A stretch of DNA of 64,000 bases from a bacterium (GTDB lineage Bacteria; UBP15; UBA6099): NCBI GenBank assembly GCA_029564595.1, contig JAKQPS010000113.1, forward strand, positions 32,227 through 96,226. The letters are read 5' to 3'. Both the position numbers and the translations under genes were made by a program. Shown piece by piece: positions 1 to 10,111 of the stretch. The notes below the pieces were generated by a model, which was not told the DNA's origin, made no database searches, and saw only the letters and a program-made list of their open reading frames with translations. The stretch's first letter is position 1, and each line of letters begins with the position of its first letter.

Positions 1-2
1 TA

Positions 3-443
3 ACGCTTCCGGCGGTAAACGACGTTGTCATATCAAAGAACACCGGAATAATCGTCAGGTTGAAGATATTCATCAACGACGAATACTTCACGGAGTTTCC
101 GGGGGACGGACTGATTATATCCAGCGCGACAGGCTCGACGGCATACTCGCTTTCGGCGGGCGGGCCGATGGTGTCTCCGGGGCTGGACGTGATAGTGATA
201 ACGCCTATCTGCCCGCACACGCTGCTGGAAAGGTCGCTTGTGATAGCCGGAAACGATGTCACTAGGGTCGCCGTGCCGTCCGTAAGAACGGACATCATGG
301 CGATAATCGACGGACAGAAGGAACAGCCGCTAGAGCCGGGCAGCGAGGTCGTCGTCCGCAGGGCGGAGCGCCCTGCCCGCTTCGTCAGGCTTAAACCTTC
401 TCGGTTTTTTGAAACGGTAAGAGGAAAACTTCACACCAGATGA
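3..443 (+). CDS. nadK: NAD kinase (5' truncated by window edge)
   Basis: Frame is open from nt 3 (TLPAVNDVVI...). GDGLIISSATGSTAYSLSAGGP and TPICPH motifs; lies upstream of recN. Confidence 0.95.
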   Translation, partial: TLPAVNDVVISKNTGIIVRLKIFINDEYFTEFPGDGLIISSATGSTAYSLSAGGPMVSPGLDVIVITPICPHTLLERSLVIAGNDVTRVAVPSVRTDIMAIIDGQKEQPLEPGSEVVVRRAERPARFVRLKPSRFFETVRGKLHTR

Positions 444-452
444 GGCCCGGTT

Positions 453-2201
453 TTGATACGCGAGTTCAGCGCGCATGACTTCGCTCTCGCCGACGACCTG
501 AAAGTGTCGTTGGGCGGCGGACTAAACGTCATCACAGGAGAGACAGGCTCCGGGAAATCGGTTTTAGTGAACGCGATAAACCTGCTGTTGGGCGGAAAAG
601 CGTCCGGAGCGATGGTGCGGTCGGGAGCCGAAAAGGCATCGTTGGAGTCGGTTTTCGACTGGGAGCCGCCCGCCGACGCTTTGGCCGCTCTGAACGAAGC
701 CGGCATCGCGGTCGAGGACGGAGAGTTGATAATTCAACGCGAGATATCGGAAAACGGGAGATCGACGGCGAGGCTCAACTCGCGCGCCGCTTCCGCCGCC
801 CTGCTCCGCTCGGTGGGAGAACGGCTGGCCGACATTCACGGGCAATATGATCATCAGGCGATATTGAGAGGAAGAGACCACACCCGGTTTCTGGACGCGC
901 TCGGCTCGGATTCACACCGGTCGCTTGTCCGCGAAGCCGCTTCCCTTAGACGCTCTCTGAACTCCTTGACTTCGGAAAAAGAGAGCGTCGAATCGCAGAG
1001 AAGAAAACGGGAGGACGAGCGCGACTTGCTCCTCTTCAGGATAAACGAGATTGAATCAGTGGTGAAAAGCGAAGAAGAGCACGCTGAAGCCGAAAGAGAG
1101 GCGCGGCTGCTGGAACGAGCTTCTGAACTAGCCGAGGCGGCGTCCAACGCTTTCTCTATGGTGGGCAGAGATTCGAACGAGACTTCCGCTCTCAATCTTA
1201 TCGCATCCGCGCTGGGAGAGTTGGACAATCTCGAAGGAGTCGAGCCGAGACTTGACGCGGCAAGGGAGAAACTGCTTGAGGCGGACGCTCTGGCGGACGC
1301 GGCGGCGAGAATCCTGCGCGACCTTTCGGACGAGATAGAGGCTGACCCGGAACGACTCAGGGGGCTTCAGGACAGGCTGCTGGAGACGCGGGACCTGATG
1401 AAAAAAAATAGATGCGACGGCGTCGGCGGGCTGTTGAGCGCAAGAGACGCGGCGCGAGCGCGGGTGGCCGAACTCGACCGCAGCGACGCCTCCGGAGCCG
1501 AGCTTGACGAAGCTATTAAAAAAACCCGCTCTCAATTGTCCGAGAAATCGGCTAAACTTACCGAATGCAGAAAAAAGACCGCTGCGACTTTTGAGAAACA
1601 GATGAAAAAAGAACTTGGCGAACTGGCGATGAAGGGCGCTTCATTCGAGGTGGAGTTCAGAAGCGCGCTCGACGAAGACGGCGTTCCTTCCGCGTCCGGC
1701 GCCGAGACTGCCGAATTCCTGTTTTCGGCAAATCCCGGAGAGCCTGCCCGCCCGCTGGGAGATGTCGCTTCTGGAGGCGAGATGTCGCGCGTGATGCTGG
1801 CCTTCAAAACGCTTCTCAACCGCTGCGACGACGCTCCCACCCTGATTTTCGACGAGATAGACTCAGGCGTTGGCGGGCTGACCGCAAACGCAATAGGAAA
1901 GAAACTCGCGGCGCTCGCGAAAGACCGTCAGGTGCTGGCGGTAACCCATCTTCCGCAGATAGCGGCGTTCGCGGACACGCATGTGGCGGTGTCGAAAGAA
2001 GGAAGAGGCGGTCGCACCGTAATGCGCGCCTCAATAGCCCGCGGCGAAGACAGGTTGCGTGAGATATGCAGGATGCTCGGCGATTCCGGAGTGAGAGACG
2101 CATCCGCTTCGATGGCAAGGCAGATGATAGACGACGCGGAACGGGATAAATCCGACGGCGATTCAAAAAAGACGCCCGCCCGCGAGCGCTCAAAAAAATA
2201 G
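453..2201 (+). CDS. recN: DNA repair protein RecN
   Basis: Walker A GETGSGKS, IHGQYDHQ, coiled coil, SGGEMSRVMLA signature, DEIDSGVGG, VTHLPQIAA. Confidence 0.97.
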   Translation: MIREFSAHDFALADDLKVSLGGGLNVITGETGSGKSVLVNAINLLLGGKASGAMVRSGAEKASLESVFDWEPPADALAALNEAGIAVEDGELIIQREISENGRSTARLNSRAASAALLRSVGERLADIHGQYDHQAILRGRDHTRFLDALGSDSHRSLVREAASLRRSLNSLTSEKESVESQRRKREDERDLLLFRINEIESVVKSEEEHAEAEREARLLERASELAEAASNAFSMVGRDSNETSALNLIASALGELDNLEGVEPRLDAAREKLLEADALADAAARILRDLSDEIEADPERLRGLQDRLLETRDLMKKNRCDGVGGLLSARDAARARVAELDRSDASGAELDEAIKKTRSQLSEKSAKLTECRKKTAATFEKQMKKELGELAMKGASFEVEFRSALDEDGVPSASGAETAEFLFSANPGEPARPLGDVASGGEMSRVMLAFKTLLNRCDDAPTLIFDEIDSGVGGLTANAIGKKLAALAKDRQVLAVTHLPQIAAFADTHVAVSKEGRGGRTVMRASIARGEDRLREICRMLGDSGVRDASASMARQMIDDAERDKSDGDSKKTPARERSKK

Positions 2202-2231
2202 GAATGGCGCGCGACGCGCGCGGAACCGAAA

Positions 2232-3350
2232 ATGATATTTTCAGGAATAGCGAAAATCGACCGCCGCACAAAGAACTTGGTGAAAAGGCTTAAGCCCGGC
2301 GACATCGCGGTGATAATGCACGAGGACCTCGACATGGTTGCCGCTGAAAATCTCGTGGCATGCAAACCTCGCGCGGTGATAAACTGCCATTCCTCCATTT
2401 CGGGAAAATACGTAAACCGAGGCCCCTACCTGCTTATCGACGCGGGGATACCTCTCATAGACAACGCCGGAGACGAGCTTGCCTCCAAGATTTCCGAGGG
2501 AGACCGCGTCGAGGTTGTCGGCGGAGAGATACGCAAGAACGGCGCGGTCCTAGCGACCGGAGCGGTGGCTGACATACGGATGCTCAACGCGCGCAACCAA
2601 CTTGCCAAAGAGCACATGGGAGAAGTCTTCGAGAACTTCGCGGCCAACACTCTGGCGTACCTCGACAAAGAGAAAAGCCTTCTATACAGCAATCTGAACA
2701 TGGGGTCGCTGCGGTTGGACTTCAGGGGCAGGCAGGCGCTGATAGTCGTGCGCGGCTCGGAATTCAAAAAGGACCTCGACACGCTGCGGCAGTACATCCA
2801 CGAACAGGGGCCTGTGCTTATAGCGGTCGACGGCGGGGCGGACGCGCTGATAGAATTCGGTTTCAAACCGAACATCATTCTGGGCGACATGGACAGCGTG
2901 ACCGACGCGGCGCTTCGATGCGGGGCTATTCTGATAGTTCACGCGTACGAGGGCGGCGAGGCTCCCGGCATGGAGAGGCTGAATTCTCTCGGTCTGGAAG
3001 GCATTCCTATTCCCTCCATCGGAACGAGCGAGGACTTGGCGCTTCTGCTGGCGTTCGAGCGCGGCGCGGAGCTTATCACAATCGTCGGAAGCCATTTCAG
3101 CGTCGAGGAATTTCTCTCTAAAGGCCGGGGCGGCATGGCCAGCACTTTTCTCACCCGGCTGAGGGTCGGCTCCGTGCTCGTGGACGCCAAGGGCATAAGC
3201 AAACTTTATCAGAACAAAGTCAGGCCGATGCTGCTGATTTATCTTGCGGCGGCGGCGGCTTTTCCGATTGCGGCGATTTTTCTGGTTTCGCCGCTCGGCC
3301 CTTTAACGCAGCAGTTCATGCGGCTGCTTAAATTGATGTTTAATATGTGA
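2232..3350 (+). CDS. steA: SteA-like membrane-anchored protein with thiamine pyrophosphokinase-like domain
   Basis: DRRTKNLVKRLKPGDIAVI.HEDLD N-terminus; AVDGGADAL and GDMDSV motifs; STFLTRLRVG; C-terminal TM helix; follows recN. Confidence 0.85.
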   Translation: MIFSGIAKIDRRTKNLVKRLKPGDIAVIMHEDLDMVAAENLVACKPRAVINCHSSISGKYVNRGPYLLIDAGIPLIDNAGDELASKISEGDRVEVVGGEIRKNGAVLATGAVADIRMLNARNQLAKEHMGEVFENFAANTLAYLDKEKSLLYSNLNMGSLRLDFRGRQALIVVRGSEFKKDLDTLRQYIHEQGPVLIAVDGGADALIEFGFKPNIILGDMDSVTDAALRCGAILIVHAYEGGEAPGMERLNSLGLEGIPIPSIGTSEDLALLLAFERGAELITIVGSHFSVEEFLSKGRGGMASTFLTRLRVGSVLVDAKGISKLYQNKVRPMLLIYLAAAAAFPIAAIFLVSPLGPLTQQFMRLLKLMFNM

Positions 3351-3363
3351 CGGGAGGCTTTTC

Positions 3364-4179
3364 TTGGGACCTATAGATATCAAATACCACGCGTTGTCGC
3401 TTGCCGCCGTTTTTCTTGCTTTAGGGGTCGGAATCATCGTCGGCAGCAGCACCAATTTCTTCGGCATCAGCGCCATACTCGAACGTCAGGATCAAGTGAT
3501 TCAGAAGCTTGAAACGAACTACAAGGAAATCCGCAAGGAAATGAGCGAGTCCAAGAGCCAGCTTGAAGGCGCGAGGGAGCGGATAGCCTCCCTCGAAGGC
3601 ACGATGGTGCCGAAGCTCCTCGAAGGCAGGCTTGAGGGGCTTCGCGTGGGCGTAGTGACAATCGGCGACATATCGGCTCTTGCCCCCGAAGGAGACGACT
3701 CTGTCGCCGGACCGCTGAAAACAGCCGACGCCTCTGTTGTTTTTAAACTGAGGCTCGCGCCTGAAAGGCTAGTCGAACTCGCCGGGGAGTCTCCTTCCGA
3801 TTACACCGAGCGCCTTGCGAAGGAACTTCTTCGAGGCTCCTCTTATGGCTCGAAGCTAACTGACTCTTTTCTTGCGGACGGAGCAGTCGCGGCCGGCGGT
3901 TTCAGTTCGGGCGCGGACGCAATCGTTTTCGCGCTCGGCAAGGACCTTGACCCTCAACTTCTGCGAACTGTTCTCATCCCTCTTCAGCAAGCTGCCATTG
4001 AGAATAAGGGCATAGTCGCCAATGTGGTATTCGGCGAGAGCGAGCCTTATCAGAGCGTTTTCAAACCGACGCCTTATCCTTACTTTCAAAGCGCAGAGAG
4101 CATAAACAGCCAGATTGACCTTATCATGAGCCTGCGTGAAATACAGAAACAGAGGCAGGGAAAGGCGGGCGGATTCTGA
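3364..4179 (+). CDS. SteB/MctB (DUF3186)-like membrane-anchored coiled-coil protein
   Basis: KYHALSLAAVFLALGVGIIVG N-terminal anchor followed by a coiled coil; directly downstream of steA. Confidence 0.75.
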   Translation: MGPIDIKYHALSLAAVFLALGVGIIVGSSTNFFGISAILERQDQVIQKLETNYKEIRKEMSESKSQLEGARERIASLEGTMVPKLLEGRLEGLRVGVVTIGDISALAPEGDDSVAGPLKTADASVVFKLRLAPERLVELAGESPSDYTERLAKELLRGSSYGSKLTDSFLADGAVAAGGFSSGADAIVFALGKDLDPQLLRTVLIPLQQAAIENKGIVANVVFGESEPYQSVFKPTPYPYFQSAESINSQIDLIMSLREIQKQRQGKAGGF

Positions 4180-4862
4180 TGCTTAATCCCGGAACCGTGT
4201 CGATAATCATCCCGGCGTACAATGAGGCGGACAGGCTTGGCCACACGCTCGAAGCGCTCATTCACTGCGGGTTGGGAGACGAAACGATAGTGATCGACGA
4301 CGGTTCGACTGACGACACGGCGCAAGTGGCCCTCGCGCACGGAGCGCGGCTTGTGAGAAGACCGAAGAACCGAGGCAAGGGAGCCGCGCTGAACGCCGGC
4401 CTTGCGGCGGCTCTCGGCGAGACCATCATGTTTCTCGACGCCGATCTCGGCGACAGCGCCTCGAACGCGCGTCCGATACTCGACGCCGTCCGCTCCGGCG
4501 GCGCGGACATGGCCATAGGCAGTTTCTCAGTTCCCGGAGGCGGGTTCGGGTTCGTTCTCAAATTCGCCAGATGGGGAGTCCGTCTCATGTGCGGATACAC
4601 TGCGACATCCCCCCTCTCCGGTCAGCGAGCGTTGCGCCGCTCAACTCTCCAATGTGTATATCCTCTAAGAAATGATTTCGGGGTGGAAACATCCATGCTC
4701 ATCGATGCGGTGCGCGCCGGAAAAAAGGTGGTCGAGGTTCCCGTCGCGCTCTCCCACAGGCCGACCGGCAAAACTCTTCGCGGCTACATGCACCGCGCCC
4801 GGCAGGGTCTGGATATTTCAAGGGCTTTGCTTTCAGCCGCCTTCAAACGCAAGGCAAAATAA
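4179..4862 (+). CDS. Glycosyltransferase family 2
   Basis: IIIPAYNEA, IDDGSTD, NRGKGAAL and FLDAD (DxD) motifs; start overlaps upstream stop. Confidence 0.92.
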   Translation: MLNPGTVSIIIPAYNEADRLGHTLEALIHCGLGDETIVIDDGSTDDTAQVALAHGARLVRRPKNRGKGAALNAGLAAALGETIMFLDADLGDSASNARPILDAVRSGGADMAIGSFSVPGGGFGFVLKFARWGVRLMCGYTATSPLSGQRALRRSTLQCVYPLRNDFGVETSMLIDAVRAGKKVVEVPVALSHRPTGKTLRGYMHRARQGLDISRALLSAAFKRKAK

Positions 4863-4948
4863 ACCCGGATATTTCACGAGAAAACCTCATATTCTTCTCG
4901 CCGCTGTTCCATAAGATTGTCCGAACGAATCCAGATTGCCGTCGATTA

Positions 4949-6289
4949 TCAATATCTCTGAAGAAGGCCGAAAGAGGCCGAATTGTCTTTCATAAAACTT
5001 TCCCAGCCTAACATGTAATAGAGATTGTCATTTATAGCTCGTCCGGCGCGGAGGTTCAATTGAAGGTCGTTCGGGTCGGATATCTCGCCTACGTAATAAG
5101 TTTTGTTTTTCTGATACTCGAACCCGCCGCCAAGCTTGCCGCTTTTGACGCCGAACTTGTACCACATGTCCGGCTTGAAACCTTTGACACCGAACTGCAG
5201 GTTGGACGTGCTGTTTTCTCCGAGGTCGTCGAATCCGAAAAGATAAAACACTTCGGAGTTAGGCGGGAACACCCGGACGTTCATGTCGGCGAAATACTTA
5301 TCTTTCCTGCCCTCGTATCTAAGGCCGAAATCGGGTTTGAATTCTGTGGCGTTTATGGCGCGGATCATCTTGGTGAAACTGCTTGCCGCTTTGTCGGCGT
5401 TCTCCATCGTGGCTCGCGTAGTCTTTATCGTCTCGCGTATGTCCTGATTGATCTCGGTGTCGGTAACGAGGTCCCTGATCGCTCGCGTTGATTCCTCCAC
5501 ATGTTCCAGCGATTTTTTCAGCGTGTAAACGGTCTGCTTGATTTCGCTTTTGAAAAGCTCGTCTCCCACAATGTCTTCCGTGTGCAGAACCACGCGGTCA
5601 ACATCGGTTATGAGCGTGTCAATTTTCAAAGAAGTAGCCTTGAGATTCTCCGTGATTATTCTGGCGTTTTCGAGAGTGTCGACAACCTTGCCGCTGCCTG
5701 TGTCGCCGGTTTGCCTGAGCGCTATAGTGAATTTCAGGGCTTCCTCGGTTATCATGCGGACATTCTCGGTGGTGGCGAAGATGTCGTTCTGAAGCCTCTC
5801 GCTCTCCATCATCACGCGGGTTTTTGCGAGTATCAGGTTCATCTCGGCGAGCGCTGTGTTTGCCTTGTCGATGATATCCGGAACTGTGGCTGGAGACTTC
5901 GTTTCGCTGACGATATCGCCGTCTTTGAAATAGACGTAAGGAGGAGTGACGTTGGGTGGAGCCTCGATGTTGAGCACTTTGTCTTCGAGGAACCCGACTT
6001 TGATAGTAAAACTGGAGGTTTTATGAATCTTATATTTCTTTTCGATGCGAAGGTTGAGCATGACGTCGCCGTTGTCCATCAGTTCCATAGATTCGACCTT
6101 GCCGATGCTGATGCCTGAAAGCCAGACGGCGTTGCCCGCGCCGAGGCCCTGAACGTTGGAGAACACGGCTTTAAGCGTGTAGCTGTTATCGTTGTCGAGG
6201 CGCATTTCCTGAACGCGGTTGTAGCCTATGATCAGGATGGCGGCGGCGGCCAGAACGCCCGCGCCGACTTTGAAGTAATGAGTGAACAT
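4949..6289 (-). CDS. mlaD: MCE/MlaD family protein with long helical region and beta-rich C-terminus
   Basis: N-terminal TM; F.NVQGL..G..V.LSGI.IGKV MCE motif; in operon with mlaE and mlaF. Confidence 0.88.
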   Translation of the reverse strand: MFTHYFKVGAGVLAAAAILIIGYNRVQEMRLDNDNSYTLKAVFSNVQGLGAGNAVWLSGISIGKVESMELMDNGDVMLNLRIEKKYKIHKTSSFTIKVGFLEDKVLNIEAPPNVTPPYVYFKDGDIVSETKSPATVPDIIDKANTALAEMNLILAKTRVMMESERLQNDIFATTENVRMITEEALKFTIALRQTGDTGSGKVVDTLENARIITENLKATSLKIDTLITDVDRVVLHTEDIVGDELFKSEIKQTVYTLKKSLEHVEESTRAIRDLVTDTEINQDIRETIKTTRATMENADKAASSFTKMIRAINATEFKPDFGLRYEGRKDKYFADMNVRVFPPNSEVFYLFGFDDLGENSTSNLQFGVKGFKPDMWYKFGVKSGKLGGGFEYQKNKTYYVGEISDPNDLQLNLRAGRAINDNLYYMLGWESFMKDNSASFGLLQRY

Positions 6290-7039
6290 TTAATTTCCTC
6301 CGATCGCGCCGCCGGGCCGCATGGCGTTGAGAAACGCGCCTATGTGCGGATGCCCGCAGCGCTCCAGTTCGTCGAGTTTGCCTTCGGCCAGTATGCGCCC
6401 TTCGTGTATCATCGCTATTCTGTCGCTGATGCGCGACGCGGCGTCTATGTCGTGCGTGACCACTATCGATGTCGTGCCGTACCTGTCGCGCATCCTCATA
6501 ATCAAGTCTGAAACAGTGGCGGTCAGGAGCGGGTCGAGCCCGGCGGTCGGCTCGTCGTAGAGGAGCGCGCGCGGGCTGAGCGCAAGCGCTCTGGCTATCG
6601 CAACGCGACGCCTCATCCCTCCGCTCAACTGGTCGGGCCTGTTTTCTTCCACGCCCTTCAATCCTACCGCCTCAAGCCTTTCCCTCACTATTTCCCTTAT
6701 CTCTTTCTCTTTCATCCGAGTGTGCCGCCTGAGCGGGAACGCCACGTTCTCCCTCACGTTCATCGAATCGAACAGCGCGCCCTCCTGAAAAACCATCCCC
6801 ATCTTCTTGCGCACCTCGTTCATCGTGGTTTCCGAAAGGTCGTCCACCCTCTCCCCGTCGATGAAGATTTGCCCAGATGTCGCGTTGATAAGTTTCATCA
6901 GGGCGCGAAGCAGAGTGCTTTTGCCGCAGCCGCTTCCGCCCATGAGCGTGACTATCTCGCCGGCGGCCGCGTGGAAATTTACTCCGTCTAGCACCGTCTT
7001 CGGCCCGAATTTCACCACTAGGTCTTTTGTCTCAATCAT
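6290..7039 (-). CDS. mlaF: MlaF/Ttg2A-like ABC ATP-binding protein
   Basis: GGSGCGKS, FQEGALFDSMNV, LSGGMRRRVAIARA, YDEPTAGLDP. Start could be the TTG at 7051. Confidence 0.93.
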   Translation of the reverse strand: MIETKDLVVKFGPKTVLDGVNFHAAAGEIVTLMGGSGCGKSTLLRALMKLINATSGQIFIDGERVDDLSETTMNEVRKKMGMVFQEGALFDSMNVRENVAFPLRRHTRMKEKEIREIVRERLEAVGLKGVEENRPDQLSGGMRRRVAIARALALSPRALLYDEPTAGLDPLLTATVSDLIMRMRDRYGTTSIVVTHDIDAASRISDRIAMIHEGRILAEGKLDELERCGHPHIGAFLNAMRPGGAIGGN

Positions 7040-7097
7040 AACTTTTAGCAACCCCGCCCGCGCCGCGCGCGGGCTGCCCGCATTTTGCCGATGCGGG

Positions 7098-7859
7098 TTA
7101 AAACAGAAGCACGGTCAGCGCGTAGTTCAGCGCGAAGATGCTCACGATGGAGGCGACCACTGCGTTAGTCGTCGCCTTGCCGACGCCTGAAGCGCCGCCT
7201 TCGGTGTGCATCCCCTCAACGCATCCTATCAGCGCTATCGTTATCGCGAAAAGCCCGCTTTTCAGCATTGCGGCGGACACGTCCCGCTGTTCCACCAGCC
7301 TCGGTATGTAGCTGTAGAAAACTTCCCAGTTCACTCCGTAAACCTGATGAGCGACCATGTATGCGGCCATGATTCCCGTCAAACCGGCTATCACTGTTGC
7401 CACCGGAATCATTATCATCAGCGCGAGCATCCTCGGAGCCACAAGATACTGAATCGGGTTCACCGCAAGCGACCTGAGCGCGTCTATCTGCTCGGTCACT
7501 TTCATCGAGCCGAGTTCGGACGCGATGGAGGAGCCTACTCTGCCAGCCATAACCACTGCCGTCAGGACAGGCGCAAGCTCGCGCACCATCACGAACGCTA
7601 TACCGCCGCCTATGAACTGCGTGGTGCCGAACCTCACAGCCTGCTCTGTTACCTGCACGGAAAGGATCATCCCGGTGAATCCCACGACAAGAAGAGTTAT
7701 CGGGATGGAATTCACTCCGAGGTTGGACATGTGAAAAATGGTCATGCGGAAATCCACGGACAGGCGCGCAAAGTATGTCAGGGTGGTCGCCAGCATGCCG
7801 GCCAGTTTGCCGACATACTCGACCGCCGTCACAATCGGGTGAAACGCGGTTTTTCCCAT
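7098..7859 (-). CDS. mlaE: MlaE family ABC permease
   Basis: RELAPVLTAVVMAGRVGS, ELGSMKVTEQIDAL, GVGKATTNAVV. Confidence 0.95.
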   Translation of the reverse strand: MGKTAFHPIVTAVEYVGKLAGMLATTLTYFARLSVDFRMTIFHMSNLGVNSIPITLLVVGFTGMILSVQVTEQAVRFGTTQFIGGGIAFVMVRELAPVLTAVVMAGRVGSSIASELGSMKVTEQIDALRSLAVNPIQYLVAPRMLALMIMIPVATVIAGLTGIMAAYMVAHQVYGVNWEVFYSYIPRLVEQRDVSAAMLKSGLFAITIALIGCVEGMHTEGGASGVGKATTNAVVASIVSIFALNYALTVLLF

Positions 7860-7873
7860 TCTTCCCCCGCCTG

Positions 7874-8890
7874 TCAGAAAGCCGCGCGATCGTTGAAGAA
7901 CTCGCGGAACTTGCTGAAATCGTTGACTATCCTGCCCACTCCCCGGATGGCGGTAAGTTCAGGCTCTTTGGACATATTGACCTTGACCTGAAACCGGCTC
8001 TGAAAATAATCCGCCAGTCCTTTAAGCAGGCTGCCGCCGCCGGTGAGAATAACGCCTCTGAAAAATATATCCTCGTAAAGTTCCGGCGGAGTTTCTTCGA
8101 GCGCCGCCTGAAGCCCGTCCGCCAGAGGTTTTAATCCTTTGTAAAGCATCGCGGCCAGATCGACATGCGGTATCTCTATCTCCTGCAGGCCTGAGCCGCC
8201 CTCGGTGTCCATCCGCCTGATGTAAATTTTCTCCCCTTTGCGGGGCTGAAGCCCTACTTTTATCTTCGCCTGCGCGGCTTCCTCTCGCGAAGACGCCGTG
8301 CCGAGGTTCACTTCTATAAGCCTCTGAACCATAGCCGTAAGGTCGTCGCCGCCGAATTCGAGCGTGCGGCCCACTATGATTTCGTTCGACGCGATTACAG
8401 AGATGTCCGTCACCCCCGCTCCGATGTCCACAATCAGACTTCCGCGCGGGTCGTTCATATTGCCAGTAATCGCGACGTATGAGGCCAGATTGCATGGTAC
8501 TAAATAGATTTTTCCCGCTCCGGCTTCACGCGCGGCGTCGCAAAGCGCGCGCTCGTGTACCGAACTTATTTTTATCGGAACCGCCGCCGCCACCATCGGC
8601 CTGAGCGCCATCGGCGATTTCATAGCCTGCGAAAACACCTTCCTGAGCATGAACCGGGTGGCCGCGTAATCGGCGATCACCCCTCGCGCCACCGGACGTA
8701 TCATCTCGGAACCGGCTCCCAGTTTGCCGGCTCTCTCGGACGCGCTCCGTCCTATGTACAGCACCCGCTTGCTGCGCGTGTCCGCAACCATTGCGGTCGG
8801 CTCGCTGTACGTAATTTTATTGCCTGACACAAGCGACGTCTTGCTCGTGCCGAGGTCCAGCCCGAGCCGCGGCGCCAGAAAAGGGATCAT
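7874..8890 (-). CDS. MreB/Mbl-like actin-family ATPase (divergent paralog)
   Basis: GLDLGTS, RPVARGVIADY, IVDIGAGVTDI, GVILTGGGSLLKGL. Confidence 0.85.
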   Translation of the reverse strand: MIPFLAPRLGLDLGTSKTSLVSGNKITYSEPTAMVADTRSKRVLYIGRSASERAGKLGAGSEMIRPVARGVIADYAATRFMLRKVFSQAMKSPMALRPMVAAAVPIKISSVHERALCDAAREAGAGKIYLVPCNLASYVAITGNMNDPRGSLIVDIGAGVTDISVIASNEIIVGRTLEFGGDDLTAMVQRLIEVNLGTASSREEAAQAKIKVGLQPRKGEKIYIRRMDTEGGSGLQEIEIPHVDLAAMLYKGLKPLADGLQAALEETPPELYEDIFFRGVILTGGGSLLKGLADYFQSRFQVKVNMSKEPELTAIRGVGRIVNDFSKFREFFNDRAAF

Positions 8891-9045
8891 CCTTCAGCCC
8901 CCGCGCTGAATCCGGGACGCTCCGGCCCCGAACTATACATATTAGTAATATCCATATATGTTGATGATTATTTGCTTCGGACGTTTCAAATCGACAATAT
9001 CGCCCCGCCGTCCTTTCTCATTTGACCGTATTGGTGAAATACAGG

Positions 9046-9963
9046 CTAACTATTTCTTTCTTTGAAAATTCCGTCATCGAAACCCTGTATCCGGGAATCC
9101 GATTCCGCCATGTCCAGCCTTTTGGCCGCCAGACGCGCAAAACCGGCGTCCAGTTCCACACCACAGAAGTCCCGTCCGAGCTTCTTTGCCGCCACCGCAG
9201 TCGTCCCCGACCCCAGAAACGGGTCAAAAACCATCGCCCCCGGCCTCGAACTCGCCAATATTATTTTCGCCAGCATCTTTTCCGGCTTTTGTGTCGGGTG
9301 ACATGTGTTTTCCGGCATCGACCAGAACGGGACTGTTAGATCGTTCCAAAGGTTGGAAGGATGAGTGAGCCTGAACCTGCCTGCGGCGTCCTCCGACCAA
9401 TCCTTGGGCGCTCCGTTCTCCGTGTAAGGCGCGAGCGTGCGCCTTTTCACCTTTACCGCGTTCACGTCGAAGTAATACTCCTCGCCGACCGTGCAGAACC
9501 AGATGTCCTCATGGCAGTTTTTCCAGTTATTTTTTGCGCCGCGCCCCTTTTCCCGCTCCCATGTGATGCGGTTTCTTATAATGAAGAATTTTTCAAGCGC
9601 CCTCTGCGCCGCCGCAGACGATTTCCAGTCCGAACAGACATATATCGACGCGTTTTTCTTCAACAGGCGCGCCAGCGGAGCAAGCCATGACTCCATCCAT
9701 CCGGCATAAGCGTCATCGGCCCGCTTCCTGAACGCCGACGCGTTGAACGTCTTGTTCATATTGTACGGCGGGTCCACGAAACACAAATCCACGAATTCTT
9801 CAGGGAGAAGAGGCAGAGCGTCGAAAACATCCATGTTAAACACCCGCCCGCGCGCGTCTTCAACCGTCGCCGGCGCGTCAATGCGCGCGAGCTTCGCGTC
9901 ATATTTCGCCGCTTCCTCTTCCGTCAGCCTTATCGTCCTGTTGTTCTTCGCTCCGGATTTCAT
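9046..9963 (-). CDS. Site-specific DNA methyltransferase (N4/N6, beta-class motif order), orphan
   Basis: DPPY precedes HPTQKPE and DPFLGSGTT. Confidence 0.92.
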   Translation of the reverse strand: MKSGAKNNRTIRLTEEEAAKYDAKLARIDAPATVEDARGRVFNMDVFDALPLLPEEFVDLCFVDPPYNMNKTFNASAFRKRADDAYAGWMESWLAPLARLLKKNASIYVCSDWKSSAAAQRALEKFFIIRNRITWEREKGRGAKNNWKNCHEDIWFCTVGEEYYFDVNAVKVKRRTLAPYTENGAPKDWSEDAAGRFRLTHPSNLWNDLTVPFWSMPENTCHPTQKPEKMLAKIILASSRPGAMVFDPFLGSGTTAVAAKKLGRDFCGVELDAGFARLAAKRLDMAESDSRIQGFDDGIFKERNS

Positions 9964-10111
9964 TTGCTCTTTTCCATTTCATCGAAATCAAAAACTGATT
10001 ATAAGCGTTCAGCCGATTGCGTGAAACAATAATGCCATAAAACACCTATTATTTCTATGATTTTTATCGGAGACATCTAAAGGTTTTTAATTTTCCGCCG
10101 ATAAAAGTGAT

